Below are positions 57,201-64,000 of a DNA stretch of 64,000 nt, piece by piece. Positions within the stretch are counted from its first letter, which is position 1. Every line of letters starts with the position of its first letter. The position numbers and the translations under genes are program-made. This DNA is from Amoebophrya sp. A120. Its lineage: Eukaryota > Protista > Dinoflagellata. The notes under the pieces are model-generated. The model had not been told where the DNA came from and searched no databases. It was given only the letters and a program-made list of their open reading frames with translations. The stretch lies in NCBI GenBank assembly GCA_905178155.1, contig CAJINV010000002.1:9678650-9742649 (forward strand), in the 5' to 3' direction.

Positions 57201-60185
57201 GAGCTGTACTGGGCGGCATTTCCGTGGCTGCAAGCCGATAAAGCCGGCGAAGTGTTGGAAAAGGCAGAAGCGGCAGAGTTATCGCAGGAACACATTGTTT
57301 ACAACTACGCCTTCAGCGACGAGCAGAGTGTAGCTGATGGGAGTGGAACTGCGGACCCCGATTCTCAACGTCCTGCAGAGTGGAAGTGCGAAATGCTGTG
57401 CGATATCGTGCCCACTTGTGTCCTGTACCAGTTCGATATTACCGATGGCACTTGTTGGCTCCAAGATTTGACAAGCTTGCTCGTCGGAGAAGGTGAAGGA
57501 GCTGCGAATGGCTCTACTGCAACCACGCTTGTGGAGAAACTTGACCCGCCCGCTATCGCAACTCTGAGCGAGGAAAATAGTGGAGCTGGTGGCACTACAT
57601 CTTCACCGACACGAACAAGATCGGCGCAGTGTGTGCGTCGTATATGTGAGCAGTTTTCTTCTGCAACAACCACTACCTCTTCTACGGAGGGGACGAGCAA
57701 TCAGGAGATGATGAAGGATCAACTTCGCCGGCTTGGCGCGAAAACCAGTACCGACTACGAGTCAACTTGCGAAAACCTAATGACCAAACCGGACGACTGT
57801 CGACTGTCCGCCTGGAGCGAGCTGGACCTGGAGGTGCCAAACAACCGCAAGCGGTGCTCGGAGGAACTGAGTGTGCACTTCACCGGCTCCACGCACGCCG
57901 AATCGCACGAGGAGAATGCGAAGCTCCGCGCCATCACGGAGTCCGGCGACTGCCGCGAGTTTTGTGAAAACGCGGTGAATTGTGTCGCTTACGAATTTCG
58001 ATCGCTGCATCCACAAGAACCAGAACAGCCGTCTGTAAAGCCGAGACACGGCTGCCGGATTTGGCGGAACTCCGCCAAACTCGGCGACGCGATCACGAGC
58101 ATATTGTCTGGGCCTGGCACCGGGACAGAATTTGCGCCGTACCGCTACACGAGCGGTCGTTGCGCGGTCGTCGACGAAACTTTTGAAGACCAGATAGAAT
58201 ATCCCGTGGCGCTGCAGCTCTTTCAATTTGGACAGAATCTCGCTGCGTTCGAGTCGGTTTTGCAGGAGGAAGAACCACGTCAACCCAACGTGGAACCGCT
58301 GTTCGAGAAGCGGTGCACGGTCGAGGAGCGCACGTTGTTCGTTTCCGACAGAGGTCTGGACACTGTCATGTTTTCCATCCGGGGACAAAAAGTTCCAGAA
58401 GACGTGCTGAACAAGCTGCGGAGCGGCGATCTCAAGCCAGTTCGGGCGGAAGATTTGAAAGATTTCAACACCGTTATTCAGCCCCTGTTCCAGGACAACG
58501 ACCTCTTCGCGATCGGCGACCCCTCGGGAGACCAGTACCACTATATTGACAAGACAAAAAACGGGCGCCTGTGCAGGATCGTGTGTGAGGTGGTGCCCAC
58601 CTGTACGGCATTCAGCAAAGGGCCGGACTATTGCCGCCTTCTGAATTTCGCGACCGTTACTGAGGTGAGGCTGCATACTGTCGGAGGAGCGCCGAAGGAA
58701 TACCACGGGCTGTTTGACCCGGAGAGTCTGGCCTACGAGCGGAGAAAGAAGGAATGTTTCAACACGCTCGGACCCGCTTGCGAACCGGACGCGGACTGGG
58801 CCGGCCTTGTAGACCGCGACCTGTACCAGGCTGGCCGTTGCCGCGGGTTCGACGAAAGTTCAACATTATTTTCCGAAACCGTGGCGGAGCACGAAAGGGA
58901 CAAACTGAAGCAGATCGAAAAGAATTACGATCGACTGAACACATTTTCCGAGCCGGATGCCACCGATCCGAGCAAGACCGTCCGGCGGCACGAGTGCAGC
59001 GCCAGCTGCGCACCAGGCGGGCTCATCCGCCAAACGCGCCGGGTTCTGCGCGAAGCGACCAACAGCGGGAAGCCGTGCTCGGAATTCTCGCTGAAACGCT
59101 TCGTGAAGTGCAACGCGGATGTCCCCTGTCCGCCGGCGGAGCAAGAGAAGAGCCCGATCCCGGCCCCGATCCCGCCGGCCGTCAGCCACGGCATCTACCC
59201 GGCGCACAGCGTGATTGGAGACCGAGGGGAGGTGTTGCGCGAGGGGCTGGCGATCGTGGAGAAATTTCAAGACCGATTCGCCAATCAAACAGAAAGCAGT
59301 GCAATTGTCAAAACATACATCTTTCCCTGCGCGGAAACCTCTACAACATCAGGCGGGGTGGACGAACAAACCGGGTTCATCCCGGGTTTGTCCACGAGCA
59401 TTTTCGGTGGCGCCAACCAACTGTCGTTTTTGACCTTCGAGGTGTACGAAAGTCCGATGGTGCCGGAAACGTTGCAAATAAATGGAACGTCTGGTGCAGA
59501 AGATGAAAATGCAAATGGTGTAGAGGATGATGATCACCAACCGCAGGGCCGGTATCCCGGGAAACCTCGGCTAGATATTCGGATCGTGTTGGAAGAGGGC
59601 CAATGCTGCAGTGTGATCGCTCCGGAAAAGAAAGCCACGGTGGAGGCAAGCAAGAGCGAGGCTGATGGCCAGGAGCCCGCACCTGGAATGGTAAATCCGG
59701 GTGCTGGGTTGGCCGCACCTCCATCAACATCCCCGGAAGGAATTATGGGGGGATCTGCGGCGCCGCCAGGTCCAGCACCATGGTCCAGCGAGATCAACGT
59801 GAGCGTGGGCGGCGGGAATTCGCTGGATTATGCCTCCGGAGATAGGCTTGGTGGTGATGTGTTTGTTTCCGGCGGCCACGGCTTGACCTTTGTGGAGCAC
59901 GAGAACAAAAGAAAGGAAGCAAGCTTGCTGCAAAGTGTTCGTGGCGGTTCGCCTGGTTCAGAAGTAGAAGATGATGTTGAGCCAACAATAAGTGGAAGGA
60001 AGACCCGCGGGATACCCGCATCGATACGAAAAAGCACGGATGCGGCAGCACTACCAGAGGAAGAGAAAGTCATCGCCGTGCACCATAGGAAGACTAGTAT
60101 ACTCAAAAGAAAAGATGCTCGAGCTACTGATAGTGAAGCAAACCCAGGAAAGAAAAACTCTTACCCATTTCTGCGTGGGCGGTGA
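54254..60185 (+). CDS. M64-like metallopeptidase with several PAN/apple modules and a TSP1-like module, paralog 2 (~1891 aa). Exons 54254-54648, 54905-60185
   Basis: INVILLPDGF and HEMAHGVFAIGDEY (55386-55427); three CxxxC...C.. PAN-like cores; CSASC..RRVL..GKPC..KCN..CP. Confidence 0.85.
54649..54899. mobile_element. Family A TIR intron, inverted relative to 51878-52130
   Basis: Family A TIR; direct repeat TACAC at 54644-54648 and 54900-54904; removal gives ANY|TQEWQN. Confidence 0.95.
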
Positions 60186-60958
60186 CATCATGGGGTTTTG
60201 CGAGAATCGCATGTTTGGTGTAAAACACAGAAGTACAACGACCTATCAGCAACGCTAGGATGCGATTGCAGGTGGGCTATTTGTTCGCTCAATTGAATGA
60301 TCTTTGCTGAATTGCTACCAGAAGAAGGAAATCGATAAAATAGGTTCCTACGTTCTCATCCTCTTCGTCCGCTTTATTCAAGGAAGTAATCAACTCGTTT
60401 CCGTTTGGGGCGGCAGAAACCTGTTTGCATACACCAAAAACGTGAAACTCAGGCGTCGGAATTCGATTGCAGACCACGGCATTCGTGGTTACTGGATATC
60501 GGTTTTGCACATGGAAGTTGTGGTCATGGGCCGTTGCTCTGCACGAACTGTCACGAGTCTTGTCGTTTGTCGTGGCTTTTATCGTGCTTCACTAAAACAA
60601 AATGAGCCGTATTTTTACTCACATCGCATTTGCAACAGCCTCGTTGGTTAAGGACTAAACTTAAATGAACTTATCAAATGAAATGAATGTGATTCGTGCT
60701 TGTGGTTCCATTTTCCAAAGCCAGTGCAGCAATTGGTAGGTGGAATTTGTAGTCAGGTTTTTTTTGAAGAGGTAGACAGCTCGATATCATTGGTGGATGC
60801 AAGAGACGCATTTTGTCTGCTGACTTGTGTTTTGTAAGCCAAGCTGTGCTTCAGCTTTTTGACTATACGAATTCTATCTGAGTAAGCGAAAACGAAGATC
60901 AGGACCCTCAGAAAAGTATGCCGGTCTCATCCACGGGTAGCATATACTTATCGCCGCG

Positions 60959-63900
60959 ATGATGGACGACCTGGACAGAATTAAGCCGGGCCGCTCGGCC
61001 TCCCCTTTAGCGGGCACTGTCGTCCTGTTTCGGATGCTGCTTTTCCTCGGCAGAACAGTGTCGACCTTAGCAAGCACTTTGTGCTTTTCGACGGCTTTTT
61101 TGCAAATCGCAATACTATCACCGAGGCTCGACCACTCCGTTTCACTTTTTGCTCGTGCAGCTACGAAAACAGAAGATGCGGAAAACAAATCGCTTCCCTG
61201 TTGCGGCGGGGGTGAGACTGAGACCACGACTGAAGAAACACGAGCCGCAGGCGCAACGGATTCTCCTGCGGGCGACGGGATAATGACGAAGCAGGGGACA
61301 GAGCAGGATTCACCTTCGGTCACCAGCGCGGACCTCCCGCCAGAAGCCCCTCCCGGGGCGTTGAACCAAGCACCCGAGGACACTCCACCGGGGGAGCGCG
61401 AGAAGTTTCTGAACCAGTGGAAGTACCTTTCCTCCGCTGCCACGGAGTACTGCCGTCCGCTGTCCGTGAACAAGCCGGTGGAGGACGCGATCAACATTGT
61501 TTTGGTCCCGGACGGGTTCCACCACCTTGGCCCCGAGGGGGAGCAGAAGTGGAAGATGAAGATCTACGAGCTGCTGGAGGGGGTGAAGCGGGAGGTGGCG
61601 TTTGATCCGGAGCGCAACCCGCACCTGAATTACATGTACGTGAACACGCGGCTGGACGGGCCGAACTATCACTGCGTCGTGGGCTGCAACGGGAGACCGG
61701 GCACGCTCGAGCGGGGCATTTGCTGCGAGCCGCCGGGTGACGTGATCGGTTTCATCCGGTGGGGCGCGCGGCACTGCGGGTCGGGCTTCCGCATGGCAAC
61801 GCTGATCATCACGAACAGTGAAAAGTACGGCGGCTTGGGGTATCCGCCCATCAATGCTGCTGTGATGACCGCGAATCCGAAAGCGTTCACCGACATTGGC
61901 ATGCACGAACTGAGCCACGGTTTGTTCAACCTTGCGGACGAGTATTCCTACGGCCCGACCGGGACGAATGGCCCTTCGGTCTCGCCGAACTGCGACCACT
62001 GTTCCTTCAATCCGGACGCAATCACGGCGGAGTGCAAACAGCAAAACACTTGTTTGGCGCACGGGCCTGACGACTGCACCAAATGGCGGGACCTGCTGGA
62101 CGCCAGGCAGAAAGCGAAATCTTTAGATGTGGACTTGTTCCAGGACGTCGTGTGTGCACCCGGATACTGCCACATGAGCGGGTTCTGCACCGGCCTGCAC
62201 CGGGGCCTGATGTTCCAGGTGGCGGGCAACATGGGCAGCGTCAACGAGCGCATCTCGTGCTGCAACTATCTCGTCGAGCTGCAAGTGCTGCCGCCCTACT
62301 GTGCGCCCTACGACGACAGTAGATTTGGGCTTGACATCGTCGATTTTTGTGCGCAAGAAGACGGCGACGAGAACGGCGACGCTCTGGTGATGACAAAAAA
62401 CGGGAGCTGGCTCAAGAGATTTGACGAAACGCCGATTGGGCAAATGGACTCGTTTTTGGAGGAACAGGAGACATCAAGTAGCGCGAAGACAAAAAAAGCA
62501 AAAAACGAGGACGACAATGAGGACCCGTTGAGCCCCATGACTTATCTGAACCCGGAGACGAACCACGTGAAGATCCGGCTTGCGCCGGTCTCGATTATGG
62601 ACAGCAAAAACGCGAACCTAGACCCGAACGACCCGACTGACCCTTTGCATGCGAGGCACCATCTTTTGCACCAAAACTTCTACCACGGGCGTCAGCCCAC
62701 CATTGCCGAGCTGGAGCAGGCGCACCTGCACATGAAAACCCAATTCGACGACGAGGCGCTGCCAACGGTGCTGGAATTACAAAAGGACTTGGCCCTCGAC
62801 AGCCCTCCAGCGCATCCAGCGGAACGCAACACGATTCTGGGCGTCGGCGACGGCAAAATGGTCTTTGTCCAGCGCCCCGTCGAGTGGTCGCTCACGCGCG
62901 AGGACGAGGATAGTCCCTGGCAGTGTAAGCAGCTCATTGTGGGGAGGGAGAGACCGGTCGTTGGCGAGTTGCATGCGGTGGGTCAGACGAAAAGCCCTAC
63001 CAGCGAGGATGATTTCGTTGTCTCTGCGGAGCACAACGAGGGCAAGACATCAAAGCAGACTGCTGATCTGATTCCCGACTCGCTGAAGCAGCGGCAGGCG
63101 CGGGGCATCAGAGCGACGTCGCACATCAGCTGCGACGAAGAAAAGTTGTTTCACAGCAACCAGCACATGCTGCCAACCGGGAAAGGATTCGATTTACAGA
63201 ATTACAACCCGACGGAGCCCTATTGTCGCAGCAACGGAAGGACCGACGCCGATGGCTGGGTGCGGAACAGTGCGATCAGCAAGGTGGTGCCCGTGAAAGC
63301 CGACTGGGCCAGTGTCGGAGCTTTCTTCGCCGACCCGAAAATGCCGACCGACACGGTAAAAGCCACTCTCAAGGTCGACTGGCTCGTGAACAAACCGCGC
63401 AGCAAGGCGACTTTGTGCATCATCAATTTCCGGACGCGGTCCGTGGAAACCGGCTTAGAGCACCTGGATTTGGAGAAGCAAGAGCAGCTGGAGAAACAGA
63501 TGATGGACAATCAGGCTGCTGCTGGGGTGCCGCAATTTTCTCCTTATCCTTCGGCAGCCCAGATCGAGATGGCCAACAGTCCGTTCATTTCTGCGGAGGA
63601 GCGGGAAAAGGCGCAAGAGATCAAGAAGAACTGCTTCGCGGCCGTGCACTATGTGAATGAGATCCACATGGCCACCATGTTTGTCGAAAACGACGAGAAC
63701 GACCGGCCGGACAACTTCAGCCCGGGCGACCCGTCGGTGAAACTCCGGACCGAGTCGGACGCCGTGCTGGAAAAAGAGATGGCGCGGAAGGCGAAAGTGG
63801 AGTTTTTGAAAAAGGAGGTGCAGTGGAGTCTGTTCCCCTGGTTCGACCAAGCTGAGTACACGAACGACAATTTCAAGTGCGAAGTCGCTTGTGACATCAT

Positions 63901-64000
63901 CCCGGAATGCATCCTCTATTCCTACCACCCGGACGAGCTGGGGGACCACGAGCACTCTTGCCGGCTGTACGGGAAGGGCGTGGAGATCACGAAGATGCAG
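60959..64000 (+). CDS. M64-like metallopeptidase, paralog 3 (3' truncated)
   Basis: Hydrophobic N-terminus, PCCGGG, INIVLVPDGF, HELSHGLFNLADEY (61904-61945), PAN-like CEVACDIIPECILY; the frame appears to run off the window end. Confidence 0.85.
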   Translation, partial: MMDDLDRIKPGRSASPLAGTVVLFRMLLFLGRTVSTLASTLCFSTAFLQIAILSPRLDHSVSLFARAATKTEDAENKSLPCCGGGETETTTEETRAAGATDSPAGDGIMTKQGTEQDSPSVTSADLPPEAPPGALNQAPEDTPPGEREKFLNQWKYLSSAATEYCRPLSVNKPVEDAINIVLVPDGFHHLGPEGEQKWKMKIYELLEGVKREVAFDPERNPHLNYMYVNTRLDGPNYHCVVGCNGRPGTLERGICCEPPGDVIGFIRWGARHCGSGFRMATLIITNSEKYGGLGYPPINAAVMTANPKAFTDIGMHELSHGLFNLADEYSYGPTGTNGPSVSPNCDHCSFNPDAITAECKQQNTCLAHGPDDCTKWRDLLDARQKAKSLDVDLFQDVVCAPGYCHMSGFCTGLHRGLMFQVAGNMGSVNERISCCNYLVELQVLPPYCAPYDDSRFGLDIVDFCAQEDGDENGDALVMTKNGSWLKRFDETPIGQMDSFLEEQETSSSAKTKKAKNEDDNEDPLSPMTYLNPETNHVKIRLAPVSIMDSKNANLDPNDPTDPLHARHHLLHQNFYHGRQPTIAELEQAHLHMKTQFDDEALPTVLELQKDLALDSPPAHPAERNTILGVGDGKMVFVQRPVEWSLTREDEDSPWQCKQLIVGRERPVVGELHAVGQTKSPTSEDDFVVSAEHNEGKTSKQTADLIPDSLKQRQARGIRATSHISCDEEKLFHSNQHMLPTGKGFDLQNYNPTEPYCRSNGRTDADGWVRNSAISKVVPVKADWASVGAFFADPKMPTDTVKATLKVDWLVNKPRSKATLCIINFRTRSVETGLEHLDLEKQEQLEKQMMDNQAAAGVPQFSPYPSAAQIEMANSPFISAEEREKAQEIKKNCFAAVHYVNEIHMATMFVENDENDRPDNFSPGDPSVKLRTESDAVLEKEMARKAKVEFLKKEVQWSLFPWFDQAEYTNDNFKCEVACDIIPECILYSYHPDELGDHEHSCRLYGKGVEITKMQ

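Overview
Eukaryotic, gene-dense genomic DNA with every recognisable gene on the + strand. The gene style and intron type point to a parasitic alveolate, probably Amoebophrya (Syndiniales); this is inference, not a database result. The main signal is a set of 196-322 nt non-canonical introns that look like small non-autonomous DNA transposons: 12 clear copies, one truncated at the window start and one degenerate. Each has terminal inverted repeats and a 5-nt direct repeat. Removing the element plus one repeat copy restores the reading frame of the host protein, usually without GT-AG ends. Unrelated families share the end signature TAT[C/G]-N6-AAAAA ... TTTTT-N6-[G/C/A]ATA and a repeated internal GCAT[G/C]ACA-like motif, and one family sits in both orientations inside + strand genes. 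Genes include the 3' end of a PKA-regulatory-subunit-like cNMP-binding gene, a ~2600-aa SH3/IQ/coiled-coil protein, a DUF192 protein, an IQ protein, a bL25-like ribosomal protein, AP-4 sigma, a bacterial-like SAP/DUF6434 protein and three tandem M64-type metallopeptidases with PAN/apple and TSP1-like modules. There is also a ~1.1-kb tandem duplication and a 100-N gap. All splicing models were derived by hand and need RNA confirmation.
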